Shown here: positions 50,851 to 63,323 of the stretch, one piece after another
Position numbering within the stretch: the stretch's first letter is position 1
Layout: the number at the start of each line of letters is the position of its first letter
NCBI GenBank assembly: GCA_965649825.1
Contig: OZ287695.1
Coordinates: forward strand, 1,911,288-1,975,287
DNA: 64,000 bases
Reading direction: 5' to 3'
Origin: Penicillus capitatus
Taxonomy: Eukaryota > Plantae > Chlorophyta
Notes under the pieces: generated by a model
Seen by the model: the letters and a program-made list of their open reading frames with translations, nothing else
The model's database searches: none
What the model was told of the DNA's origin: nothing
Made by a program: the position numbers and the translations under genes

Positions 50851-51469
50851 CGACTGACAGGTTAGTCCATCCACTGACACTCTTTTGCATCCAAACGGCC
50901 TTTCAGTCTATCCATAGACAAGCTTGAGAAGAGTCTGCTGGTGAAGCGTTCAGTGGAAACGCGGCTGGCTGAAGCTCCTTGGCCAAGCATACAGCCAGCC
51001 GACCAGCCACAGTCTCGAGCAATCTTCTCTGGACCTTCCTCTACACGCACCAAGGCAAAAACTGCCATGAACTCTGAATCTGATAGAGACAGTGATCTGC
51101 GTCATTCGCCGCAGAAGCCTGTGAACAAACCCATTGACAAGAGTGAGATCACCCGCCGCCGTTCTAAGTGAGGTATCTGATTGACTCGCAGATCTAGGAT
51201 AACTGACTCACAAAGCGCTTAGAGAAGCCGATGTTGCAGACAACAGCATGGAGAAGCATGACTCCGAGACATCCAGGGCACCGAGATCACTGCATCCATC
51301 AGCTGCAACAACATCACTTCCACACCCCGAGGCAGCGGCGTCGCACCACCCCTCGCGGCACCACCGGGTAGGGCCTTGGCGACCTGCCCGCCTTTCGGGG
51401 TCGCGCACATGAGGCAGGCGGGTGTGGACTGCCGACGAAAGGGGGTAGGCGTGAATCTCAGACACCCAG

Positions 51470-51830
51470 GACCGTCTTTTCTTTCAGTTTTCTTAGTATC
51501 TCTCCTCCCTCCTGGGTGTCTCTTGTGTTCTTCCTTGCTTTCTGTGCCAGTGTCTTTTTTGTTTCCCTCTGTTTGTTGCTTACCTGTTTCTTCTGTGTTT
51601 TATTTACATTTTGACTTTTTTCTTCTTTGTTTGTCTGTGTGCACTTCTTCAACTGTAATTGTTGTTTTTTCTTACTGTAGCTGTTTATGCGCTGCGTTAT
51701 CAGATTCGCCTTCTCCTCTTCTAGTGTGACTCTGTTACCTCCTGTTGTGCATGTTTTGCTTATTTTTCTCCATGCAAAGTGTTGTTTCCTGTGTTATTTC
51801 TTTTCACCTGTCTGTTCTTTCATGTCATTT
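51470..51830. repeat. T-rich/pyrimidine-rich low-complexity tract
   Basis: Strong T bias on the + strand, similar in composition to 46500-46720. Confidence 0.7.
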
Positions 51831-52399
51831 TGGACCCACCTGCATGTCCGCGCTGCGCGCCGTCTCATTGAGATTCGCGACCTACCTCCGACTAGTTGAC
51901 CATCAGTTGCATCGCGTTCTCCTCGCGCACCTCGATCGGATCTGGTGTCAGTGCTCGTTCAGGGTAACAACCTCCTGCGCCGCACTGTGAGGCGCCGCTC
52001 GCCGACCGTAAGTCCCTCTAGCGCACTGTTGGAAATGTAGCATCCTATCCACTGTTCGTAGCCGTCTGAAGCGGTTCGTTCCATGGTAACCACCTTTGGC
52101 GCGCTGTCCATCAGATGCGACGGGTGCTAGCCTCCGAGCCGATTTCTTCATAACAGTCGGGCGATGGTTTTCGAACATGCCCTGAAGTTCGCGACTGATA
52201 GCTGTAGGGGTTAGGAAATCCACAACCATCGTGGGTATTTAAGGACCGACAATCTCCTTGTAATAACTTCTGTTCGTATCTCAAAAAATCTGATTGCGTT
52301 TCTGTCGTAACGTTGCGCGAAGGCTTGACTGTCTCTAAAACACGTCGTTACAGCGATTCCCAACACGCACATTCACAGTCTCTCACTCTTGCTTTGCAG

Positions 52400-54230
52400 A
52401 CTATGTGGCGGGGTGGGCAACTCCTCTTCCGTGCTCCTCCATTCTGACACTTTTTCACTGGACATCATCACACTTTCCAAAGAATAATATTTGCAAGAAT
52501 TGTTTAAACAGTCGACTTCCGTTCCTTTTACGTTGCGTGCGACCTACGATCCGACGACGTAACGCTGAATCGACGACGCCTTCCTGACTCTTGCAAAGGG
52601 TGTTGCACCGCATTCCATCGTCAAGGTCGTCGTCATCTGCTGGGCGAAGGCGTCTAGAATCCGCAGATCTCGTCGGTGCATCCACCGCCGCCGGCAGACG
52701 AGGGCGGCGCCGACTCGCAACAGGCATTCTCGACTGAGGTTCCGTAACTCGCCGAGCACGTTGCGCCGTGTGACCGCGGACAACAGTTCAGCTCGCTATG
52801 TGTCGCCCATCCTGCGGTCTCTCTGCCAGCACCACCACGCCACGCCTCTGTCCGAGAGGCTTGCACGCGAATGTCGGTGTCCGAGCGATGCCCGAGATCT
52901 CGAAAGGGTGCTTGTGGAATGGAATAGACTTGTGGCGGCTGTGGCGGCGGAACGGCGACCGGAGAGTGACAGACAAGGGTCCGTCAGTGTGCCGGACTCT
53001 TGAGCAGCCACGGCTCGCCCTTTCAGCCTGCAGATCGATTCGAGGCGACACAGGTCGGGTGTCGCTCAGAGTCGGCGACGGCACGACCGACAGCAGACGA
53101 CGTGCTCTGAGAGAAGCCCAAGTCGAACGTTCGCCTGGGAGAAGTTGCCAAGCAGCGCGTCGTCTGAGCTTCGCTTTGCACTCTTTCCTGTGTCCGAGCA
53201 GTGCATGGCGTACAGTCCGGTTCAGCTGTTAAGGACTGAGAAGGGCGTGCGTATCGACGCGACAGACACCGTTTTCGTTTCGTCTCCTCCGACACAGTTC
53301 AGCAAGTGGCCACAAAGGCGTACGGGAGGGAGGGACTCCGACGTAAGACGGACAGATGCGAAAACGGCGTGAGTTCGTCGCGAGGTCAAGGCTGCGAGAG
53401 AACGTCGTGCGTGGGCTTCCAGGAACGCTTGTTCGGCAGCTGAAACTGCGTCGGCCGACCACTGTCCTGCCATTCAAGTCTCTTTCTGGTTTAGCGATCC
53501 GCTTCCGGAAATCCTCGTCGCTCATGTCTGACTGCCGTTGGTATTGGATTCTAACACTTGAGTTCTTCGCCGAGGCTTTGCCAGGCAGACCATTGTAAAG
53601 AAAGCCGCAGACTCTGTGTTCGAGCCGATGCGTGTTGATGTGTTTCGGCGTACTGCTGATTCGTTCGTCCACTTTCTCTCTTCGTGTTAAAGAAGAGCCT
53701 TCTTCTAACAGAAACGCGTTCCGGCGAAAACAAACCGAACCGTGGCAAATGCATGAAGCATGACAGCCATTTGTTGAAAGGCAAGCATCTGTGTGCGCTG
53801 CAGTGATTGGAATCGGGTGGAGGACTGCTTAAGTGAGACGAGGCTGCGAACTTACTGGCTGCCTGCACGGCATCGACGAGACAAGGATCCGAACGAGTCT
53901 GCGCGCGGGAGACGCGGTTTCGAAAGCCCTTTGATTCCGTCACGCCGCAAATCTCTGTGCGTCAGGACGCCAATCCGATCCGCCAAAGAGGGGATACGCG
54001 AAAGCTGTCTACAGGTGTTGTCTGTCTGAACGCAATACCACAGCGATAGAATCACTACGACTCTCCTAGAGAGCAAGCAACGCATCCCTCAATCTCCACC
54101 CTTCGGTGTGTTTCTCTGTTGTAGGTGTCTGCTTGACGACACTCGCTGCGGCGTCGGGCATAGAGATGGACGAGCGTGTAGAGATTCTGCGCATCTCGCG
54201 AGTGCGTAAAACAACGAAACTGTCTTAGTG
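52400..54230 (+). pseudogene. Unidentified decayed gene-like region upstream of the Ig-like gene
   Basis: Protein-like frames interrupted by stops (e.g. LDIITLSKE*YLQELFKQ...DPTT*R*IDDAFLTLAKGV); no family recognised. Confidence 0.25.
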
Positions 54231-54569
54231 CCATCGGCCGACGAAAACGACAAGTGTTCGTTCGGTCGACGACGATCGCAGGCGATCCTTGTCGCGCAGT
54301 GGCATCTCGACTGTCGTCCTTCTGCGGTGCATGAGCAACAATGCAGCCGTCAAGCATGAACGCGGAGTCGGCATCGACGAAGAGGTTGGCGCGTCCACGA
54401 AAGGCGCGTAAATAAGATAGTGACGAACGTATCGCCGCACAAGTCCTGGGTCGTCGCTCGGTACCCTTGCCTTGCATTCGCACACCGAGTAGGATGGATA
54501 ATTTTCAACAATTGAGTCCGTTTCAAATGATTGTTCCGAGGAAGTCGGCGTCCTGCCGCGGCGATTTCC

Positions 54570-56017
54570 ATGTCTTCTCCCCGGTTCCTTTTCTCCCTGT
54601 TCCTGCTGAACGCTTTGGCGTCGTCTTGTCGCGCGAAAACGAAGCCGCCTCAGAATGGTCAGCAGACTCCTCTTTTACGACCTCCGTCGCCCACTGTTCG
54701 ACGAATTCTTAGGAATCCCACTTAATGCATTCGAGGCCGCGAGCGAAGACGTGGCTCGGAAGGGACATGCAGCGTGCAGCTGGTGCGACTGGCGTCATCT
54801 TCCTCTGAGCGGATATCGACGCCGACTGCGCCAGAGAGCATCGAAGGAAATGATTCGCATCACGGAGGTCAGTGTCCTTTCGCGGCGAGTGGTCTTTAGC
54901 CATTTTGCAGGGAAACTACAAGGGGGCCTTCTTGAGGCAAGAGGTCGTCCTAGTGGAATTCGTCATCGAGTCTCCCTTCCGCGCAACGCCTCGCGGGCTG
55001 CAGTGCGTCCTCGCGAGAGACGGCGTCACAGAATGGACGGACACGTGCTCCTCGCCGCTGCTGTTGGAAGACCAGGTTCGAGAGGACGGAGAGTACCGCC
55101 TTGACATCCAGGCAACGCTGTTCTGAGCCGCGTGGCGCCAGACCGGATGGACTATTGTAGGGAGTCGGAGTCCGTCCGGGCGAAGAACTGTCGGCGTCGA
55201 GCTCGTGGATCGTCGATCGAACGCCTCCAGGGACCGAGATCGTTGATACGCAATACGTCGGGGACAGAGGACTGCGCCTCGAGTTCGACGCCACGGACGA
55301 CTGGGGAGTCGACGGATTTCAGTGCAGTTTCAACGGCAGCAGATGGAGACCGTGCGTCAGTCCCACCAACGTCGAAGTAATGTCCCGCGGGACGACCCGC
55401 TATGTACTGAGGAATGTGCGCAGTTCGATGGAGCTGGGCTGTATTCGTTCAAGGTTCGAGCCGTGGATCGAGCAGGAAACAAAGATCCGCATCCGCCCAC
55501 GCGCAGCGTCAAAGTGCCACCGCCGAACAAGTACGTCGAAACACGGCCAGTCGAAGCCTCCTGTTGGCGTGTCACACTGTTCTGCCACAGGGATGCGGCC
55601 TCCTACGACGTCTACGATTTTCTAGACTGCTTAGATTGTTTCGACTACATCGCCGAGTTCAGTTTGCCGTCGGCGGAGCTGTACGACAGCCATTCGGAAG
55701 CCGACGACCCCTTAGATCTCGCCGACGACCCCTCGGGCGCCGACTTCTCTTTGGATGTCGACGATACCTATACGTATCCCGATTTTTACCTTGGTTTTGA
55801 CGAAATCCATTTGAACGCTTCTGGGCAGATCGAACCCCGCGGCAAAGGACCAAAACAGACCGTCAATCCGATACTTCCCACGATAGTTTTCATGGTTTTC
55901 TTCATCATCGCCTTTACCGAAGTTTATGTCTGTCTCAAGTGGGAGTGCGCGTGTATCCGGCACCGCTTTCAGAGCTCGGTCGCTCGCAGGGAAGAAGAAG
56001 GCGGCGGGGAGGACTGA
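54570..56017 (+). CDS. Type I membrane protein with two bacterial-type Ig/FnIII-like repeats (5 exons)
   Basis: Signal peptide MSSPRFLFSLFLLNALASSCRA; GYRRRLRQ; repeats ...LQCVLARDG..WTDTCSSPL...DGEYRLDIQG and SWIVDRTPPGTEI...FQCSFNGSRWRPCVSP...GLYSFKVRAVDRAGNKDPHP; acidic linker; TM ILPTIVFMVFFIIAFTEVYVCL. Four introns, including GC-AG 55112-55160, give one open frame. Confidence 0.82.
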
Positions 56018-57558
56018 CACTTTCGAGTCCTTCGCTAGAAACTTTCACCTCGTTTCCCACGTTTTTTCGTTTCAGAATCTCGGGATCGAGATTCTTCACC
56101 ACACACACGAACTGCAGCACATACTGACGTAACTGACGCGTAAGAAAAGAAACCGCCAACGTATCTGGATGCGACAGCCGAACTGGCGCATCGTTGTTCT
56201 TTCTTCATAGCCGATATGTTTTCCTCCTTTGCTCTGGCAGCGAGCTGTCGAATCCGGGCTTGGTGCAGCCTGTAGGGTCGTACGTAGAACAAGAGGCTGC
56301 TGCTATTAGGGACGCGCAAAGTACAGTCCCAATTCGACTCTAGTCGTTGGCCGCCGAAAAGAATAAAGAAAATCTCAAATCTGTTGCAAACGATGAGACT
56401 GCGATTGTTATCATCATCGGAAATCGACGTTTTAGGGTAGCAGGTTACGCAGCACTGGGTACGACGAGATACTGGCATCCGTTAGCCTCAAGCGACAATC
56501 AAAACAAAGCGCGCGGGAGCGAAGATGATTCGACGTCATTGAGTCGACAGGAGTGGCATCGTGTTACCCGTGCAAGCAGATCGTCGATCCTTTGCAACAC
56601 TTCAATGTCTGCCTGTCTATCGCATTCGGAAGTTGCCACTCCGACTCTAAACTTGATGAATGACGAACGGTCTATTCTTCACCGTCAGATGGCAACTTGA
56701 TTCGTGCGCACCGAGACGTTCGTTTTCATCGGAGTGGCGTACGTCTTCGCATCTTGACGGCGACTGCTCTCGCCGCGAAGCGGTTGGTTCAGAATAACAC
56801 ATTCCTCCGGGCGCCTGTGGTCATTCATTGCATTTCATCCAAGAAACGCAGGGTACGCGTTCCGAATCGAAGCGGCCGATTACAAGAATACGCGGAAGCG
56901 AGGGCTGCTTGCGGATGAGATCGCGCCACCCGCGCCACCCGCACAACAGATTCCTCGCCGACACAAGAATGCTGTTACGCGCATCATGAGCATCCATCTT
57001 AATCTTGCTTTCCCGATCCTTGGTTAGACTGACAATGAAAAGGCTTTAACGATTACTGAGAGATCACGAACAGGGAAGGTCAGAAGTCGACCAACTCTCG
57101 CAAAACACATCTAGTCTTGTTCTCGTCGCTGCAGGTGTCATCCCGCCCTTCTTGGACAAGTCTTCCTCTGTAGTTCGGAGGCGAACCATGTGTTGAATCC
57201 GTATGGCACTTACTCTCTGAGTACGTTAAATGCCGACTGCATTGAGCTTTGTCGCTCGTTGGCGGTTTTTAAACTTTCGTCATCTCGTGGTGGCATAAAA
57301 ACAGTGATCTCAGCTTTGTCGGTTACGTGGAGTCGACACGATAAAGTCAGTCAGCGTCTGTGAGCGAGACGCACGACAATGCCTGCAGTATCCTGCGTCG
57401 GAAAAGAAGGCCGTCGTCTTCGGCTCAAGTCCGCGATTCATCTTCGGCTCCTTTGTCTTTACAGACCCACTGGTACAAGGCGACTAGTACAAGCATTTGA
57501 ATGCGCTTCCAGTGGTTTCGTAAAGAGAACCTTCTCGTCACGCTGCGGTGTTCCCTCG

Positions 57559-58440
57559 TTGAGCCGTCGACTCCTCCCGTGCTTGTTCTTGACAGCTGCT
57601 TTGGCGTCTCCCTGGCGCGTCGGAGCAACATTGGCTGCGAAGGGGCTCCTAGCTCCTCTCTGTCTAGGCAGCCCAACTGTGTATTTCCAGGAGCCCGATT
57701 TCAGCAACATCCGGAGGAGATGCGCTGCCGACGACGCCTCTGATCTTCCTCTACGCGGATATCGACGCCGACTGCGCCAAGGAGTCTCGAAGGAAACGAT
57801 TCACATCATCGATGTCCGTGGTCTTTCGGGGCGAATCGTCGTTGACTGTTCCGCAGGAAAAATACGAAGGGCTTCCTGGAAGCAAGAGGCCGTCCGGGTG
57901 GAGTTCGTCGACGAGTCGCCGTTTCGACGTCGCCTCGTGAATTGCAGTGTTTCCTCTCGAGAGACAACGTCGAAGAATGGCGGAATGACGCTGTTCCTCA
58001 CCGCTGTTCCTCACCGCCGTTCGTTCCTCGAAGGCCGGATTCAAAAGGACGGAGAGCATCGTCTCGAAACCCAGGTATCGGCGACTCAAACTGCAAAGCC
58101 GAGACTCAGAGCGCCAACCATATGGAGAGGTCGGAACGGCGAAAGACAGACTATAAGCTTCGAGCTTCTGGATATCGACAGAACGCCGCCGAAGACCGAA
58201 GTCACACTGGTGACCTGCGTTGGCCGTAAGAGAGGAGATTCACCTTTACGGCAACCGATGTCAAGGCGGTGAACGAGTTTCAGGCAGAGTGGACGGGAGC
58301 AAACGGACATGAAGCAGCAGTCTCTACGAGATTGAGGTAGTCTTACCGAGAAAGCGAGGATGCGCTGCTTGCTCGACACTTAGGACGACGGAACGGGAAA
58401 CTGTGTCATGGAAGTCAGAGCCATCGACCTCCCCGTGCAC
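57559..58440 (+). pseudogene. Pseudogenised paralog of the Ig-like membrane-protein gene
   Basis: Same order of blocks (signal peptide, GYRRRLRQ, VEFV.ESPF, LQC.L.RD.V.EW, DGE.RL..Q, DRTPP, EVRAID) and matching intron positions. TTG stands in place of ATG, there are several frameshifts, and no TM exon is seen. Confidence 0.85.
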
Positions 58441-58953
58441 TTTCAGAATGTGACGGTCTCTAGGTTGATGATGTAATACCATCGCATCCAGGTTCATCCT
58501 TGGCGATTTCGTTGCGGGGTGGGTTTGTTGCAGGTGACAGCTGAGGACTCGGGTCATTCGCAGGACTGAGCACGACATCAACGGCTACAATGGACATTTA
58601 GTGCTCAAGCTTAAGCGTTTCAGTTCGACAGGTTACAGCGGGTGCTTCTTCTACTTGAGTGTCCTCGACTAAAATACCTTTATGTTATCTTTGTCGCATG
58701 TAAGAACGCCAAACCTGAACGGGCAGACGAGTTTTCGACGCGAAGATACCGTTCTCGATGACCGTGAAGTGGATGACATACGAATTCTGATGTCGTTTCC
58801 TTGTACAAACTCCTCTGAACTTTGTCCGTTAATCAACTCGCGACGAGTGCTCGTTTGACACATTCGTGTGATAGGCGAAACAAAGTGTGTGTGTCCGGAG
58901 AGACTGCAGAGAGCAATTTCGATGAACAGATCAACTGAATGGCGAGAGTGCGT

Positions 58954-59058
58954 AGAGCGGAAACTTCGACGACCTGTCACTATCCAGTCTTTGGAGAATT
59001 CCTTGATGTTGGGGTATCGAGGTCCCGATACCCAATTATGAGACTTCATTCGCTCCGC
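58954..59058 (-). pseudogene. Relic X3, part left of the LTR insertion
   Basis: Aligns by eye to about 43948-44052; continuous with 63559-64000 once the LTR element is removed. Confidence 0.6.
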
Positions 59059-59291
59059 TGACATGGGCAAGTACGTGACGGTGGTAGACGCAACAAAGTT
59101 TCTTACAAAGATAATCAATGTGACAATAATCCCCTTTTTATAGTGTTGGGTTTCATAGGTGCTGAGTAGGTGCCGGGTAGGTTCTGGGTAGGTTCTGATG
59201 TGGCCATTATGAGCTGTTTGGCCATCAGTGCCTCTTACGATGATGAGGCATTTATTGGACCATCATCCTTCAGCTCTTCATCATCATGACA
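59059..59291 (-). repeat. 3' LTR (233 bp)
   Basis: Identical by eye to 63326-63558; polypurine tract GCAGGGAAGCGAT on the minus strand at 59292-59304. Confidence 0.97.
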
Positions 59292-59339
59292 ATCGCTTCC
59301 CTGCGCTGAACTCCGATTGAAAAAACGTCGTAGATGATC

Positions 59340-62300
59340 GCGATGTGCGAGAAAGGGTTTCTTGGAAGAAGAAGAAACGAAACGGTAACGTTAGGAAGAA
59401 AATGTATCGTGAATCGTCTACGGTCCGAGCCACTGCGGAGGAAGCTGGTTGCCATGCGTTTGCGCGTGTTGATTGTCAAAAAGCAGCACCAGGGAGCCGA
59501 CTAGGATGTCGGAGCAACGGTGAGAGTGGGGCAGTTGTTGGTGTGGATGCTGGTGCTGCATCTGGTGATCGATGGCGGTCCAACGAGTTGCAAGAAGGGC
59601 GCGGTGAAAGTGAGTGGCGCGGGAATGAAGTGCGGGAGAGGTTGAGAACCGAAAGCGGTCTGTGCGGCGCTGAGTTTGGTCACCGAGTTCGGAAGCGCGT
59701 TTAGCAGTGCCTGAATCTGGGGAAGATCTGATGTCCATTTGCCTTGAGTTTTGAAGGCGGTGTGGACGGCGGATGACGTCTCGGCTGAGACGCTCGGAGG
59801 TCCCTATGCATTGTGATCACGGGATGGTGCAATCACGGGATGGTGCGGCGTTGAATTCCTCGGGCCGACATCCAATTGGATAACTGATTGCCTACGAGCG
59901 CTGAATCGTTGTCTGTCTGCAGACACTCGGGGTTGCCGAAGAGGGCTGTCCAGCGCTCGAGCAGTTTGATGATGGATGTCGCTTTGGCTTGCGAGGATGC
60001 CGAGAGAAGACAAAATCGTGTGCAGAGGTTCACTGCGGCGATGATATAGTTTGAGGAGCCGTCAGGCTTCATGGGGTCGATGACGTCCATGCCTACGCAC
60101 TGCCTCATAGGTTGCCACGTATTCAATGACTGCGCGACGGGCGAATCGTGGCGGGCAAAGTGTTGGCACTGGGGGTTGGCGTCATCGGGACATCGACCTG
60201 TCTTCAGATAGTTTTCCATCTGCAGGTACCACACTGGCCAGCAGTTGTGGTGTGCGGTGGCCGCAAGCGCGGGAGCTTCGGTCGTCGTTGGTCCTTTCCT
60301 GCAGAGAGGTTGAGGGTGTCTAGATGACACTGCACGAGGAAGCTCTGCTCGCTGCTTCGACTCGCTTGTTTGACAACGGTGGCGTCAGTGAAGATGGTGA
60401 GATGTTTGCCCATGAGCAGGTGCCTGTTTCTTCAGCGCCTCTTTCATTCCGAGTAGCTCAGCGTTGCCACTGGATCGGAACGGTTCACGTTGGAATCCGC
60501 CAGCTCGAAGGCGGAGGAGACGTTTAGAGTCACTGTCGAACAACGCGTACCCAAAGCCATCCTAGCGTCGACATACAGGTCGACATTACGGCCAGCTGCG
60601 TCAGACCGGTGATACCAGATGCGGTTGAGAGAGCGGAGGAGGGTGGCCCAGCGGTTGGGATCCTCCGCCCAGTATCGTTGGATGACTTTGGTATTGGCGT
60701 TCGTGAGGTTCGACAGGGCCGCTAAGCTGCGGCGGTCGCACTTGCAAGAGTTCAACAACGTGCGAAAGTGTCCCGAAAACGAACGGACTGGGGTCTTCGT
60801 TTGAGGCTGTGCTGCATTGAGCGTCTGCTGCAGCGGGGCCGCTAAGCTGCGGCGGAGGTCGCACTTGCAATAGTCCAGCAAGGTGCGAAGGAGTCCCGAA
60901 AACGATCGGACTGCGGTCTTCGTTGATGCGGCGCTGCAGGGGGCAACTGCTGCAGCGTGGTTTGGGGGGCAAAACGCCTTCGGGCGTGAAGCGGTGTCCG
61001 AGGAGCTCGACCTCGTTAACACCGTCCTGGCACTTCTTCGGAGATGCCGTCCACCGGTATTTGTCACAGACCGTCAGCAGTTGGAGAACTGCTCTCTCGA
61101 GATCTTCTTGTGTCCGTGCTCCTGCGGAGACGTCGTCGGCATAGCTCTCGATTGCCGTTCGAGTCTTCTGCTGCTTCAACTGGTCTCGTGCTTCCGCTAT
61201 GGTTTCTTGAACATCTTGGTCGAAGAAAGCCATTGAGTTGATCCAACCCATCGGAAGCCGTGTGAAGGCGTAGGGCTTTCGGTCGGACACGGTGACGAAA
61301 TACGGCTGGAGGCCATGTGCCAGAGGTATCTGCTAGAATCCGTGTCGGAAATCAAACTGCGCATAGTGGCGCATCCCGGACAGGTTCTGAACTGCGCCTT
61401 CTCGATGCATGGGCAGCGCGGGACTCCCTGTGGTCAGCGTGTTGAGTCCGCGAAAGTCTAGCTCCACTCGCCGCTCGAGCGAGTTCTTCTTCGGAACAGA
61501 AAACCAGGGGATGATGTGCTTCGGTTTTCCGTGAAATCGGCTGACGACTCCGGCTTCGATGAGTGCGTCGATCTCGTTTCTGCATGCCGTCGTTTCAGCA
61601 GCGAACGTGTAGGGAACTTTGGTAAAGACCGAATGTAGTTGCCCTTGTACGTCGCGAATGCCGACCTCCCATCCCGAAGAACGTCCAATTTTTCACAAAG
61701 TACGTTTGGGAATCGGGCCAGCAGCTGTTCGAGACTGCAGCAGCCAATTTTAGGCTTCGGCGACAGTATGCCTGACTGCAAGCGTACTGCCGTTTGGGAA
61801 AAGGTGGTCTGTTGCTTCTCAACGGATGTGGGTTTCCGTTGCAATCGCACGCGGTATACTCGACGTCTTGTCTTGTGGGCACGTCCAAGATCGTCGTTCT
61901 TCCAGTTATCTTCACTGGTTCCGCGGCATGGTTGGCGAGCGTTGAGAACGTGTAGTACTGCACACCGAGGTGTACCGAGAATCGCGGTGCCACGGTCGGA
62001 ACCCTCTTGTACACGAGTGCGCCGGGGAGCACGTTCGGCGTCTGAGCATCTTGCTCTCTCGTGGTCCGAGCACGATTGACCGGTTCAACGGCACCTGTAG
62101 CCGTTCTTCGGTGATTCTCGGTAGATAATCGACTTTTTCGGTGCAGCGGCATATCTTCTCATGCGCGATCTCATTGGCCGCCCTTTTGTCGGCTTTCGGT
62201 CCTGTGAGTGGCATTTGACCCGTCGCCTCTGATGCTGATAGATCTGTCGTGGGATGCGCGGAGATCTTATTGTCGATCATCGCGCGCATGCACAGTAGTA

Positions 62301-63297
62301 GATCGTAGCCGTGCCTCGGTAGTACGAGGCAACTCATGGAGAATTGTTGGTCGGAGGATTGCGCCAGGGCTGCCTGGAAGTCGCATCGTCCGGTGACCTT
62401 CGCGGTCTCTCCATGGGCCAACAGCAGACGGGTCTCGTCTGGCCTGACCTTCACTCCCAGTTCTTTCGCTCGTGCCGGGGATACAATGGAGGACTCGGCG
62501 CCAAAATCAACTAAAGCGTTAATATGGCGTGGATATCCCAAATGGCTCGGGGAGATGAGACCCAGTTTTAAAACTCTCCTGGTCTTGGTGACCGCTCTAA
62601 CGGTGTGTGCGAACTGCACATCCTGTTCCGTTGGGTCTTCTTCTGTCTCGCTAATGGTCTCGCAGACGTGTGCTTCGTTTCCTTTCGGCAGAGACTTCTC
62701 TGCGGCGAAGGCACGACGCCCATTCCATTCCTCGACTGGCCTGCTGCTCTTCGTGGCCTTGTCGATGCATTGCTCGAATTGTTGATCTTTTGTAAGAACT
62801 TCAGCATGTTGAGCGCCTCTCGTCTAGAGGTTCTGCAGATTTCCCTGGCTCCGATCATGACGCTTCCAGCGTTAGAGATCGCTGAAAAGTTGATCGAGCC
62901 GTCGTTGCCGATCACTCTTCCGTCGGCGGCAAAGTTGACCAATGGCGTCGTCGCCACATCGGGGTCAATGGGATCATGATCTGCGTCCGTTCGCGTCAAC
63001 ATGCTCGACTCCCAGAAGCTAGCGTTCTTGAGGACAGTGGTCATGTCCTCAGTTTTGAGGCGCAGAACCTCGTCGGCAAAAATAGTGCAAACTATGGCCG
63101 CGGGTCCGGCAAAAGGCCTCATTGAATGCTGCCTGCGTTCGAAAGCGCGGTCCGACTCGCTCGAGGACCCGCTGTATCAGATCGAAGGCAGGCGATCTGG
63201 GCTCCACACTTTGAACCACGTACTTAATCCGAGGGCGGTAATCGTCCTCGACGAAGGCTGCCGAGTTGAGAAGGGACGTGAACTCCTCACAGTCCAT
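59340..63297 (-). pseudogene. Disrupted gag-pol
   Basis: gag ATG 63297; protease ALVDFGAESSIV (62506); RT LDFRGLN, RLPMGWINS, YADD (61132-61143); integrase VGMDVIDP, QTDND, SERL and WLGP*. In-frame stops at 62872, 62824, 61333 and 59418, plus several frameshifts. Confidence 0.93.
60716..60950. repeat. Diverged 120-bp tandem duplication inside RT
   Basis: ggccgctaagctgcggcgg recurs at 60717 and 60837; it encodes TKTAVRSFSG and TKTPVRSFSG. Confidence 0.9.
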
Positions 63298-63305
63298 CTT
63301 CGAAA

Positions 63306-63323
63306 GTCGCCGCTCCGAAACCA
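63306..63323 (-). promoter_or_regulatory. Putative primer-binding site TGGTTTCGGAGCGGCGAC
   Basis: Begins with TGG 2 nt inside the 5' LTR boundary; cognate tRNA not identified. Confidence 0.6.

Noticed and set aside
51320-51455. GC-rich structured island (GCGACC-CC-GAAA-GG...GGTCGC hairpin on the minus strand) as a ribozyme
   Set aside because: No complete hammerhead core (CUGAnGA...GAAA with stem II) or HDV-like nested pseudoknot could be built. An Infernal/Rfam scan would be needed.
52490-52640. IDDAFLTLAK as a small-GTPase C-terminal helix
   Set aside because: No P-loop or G3-G5 motifs nearby, and the frame is broken by stops.
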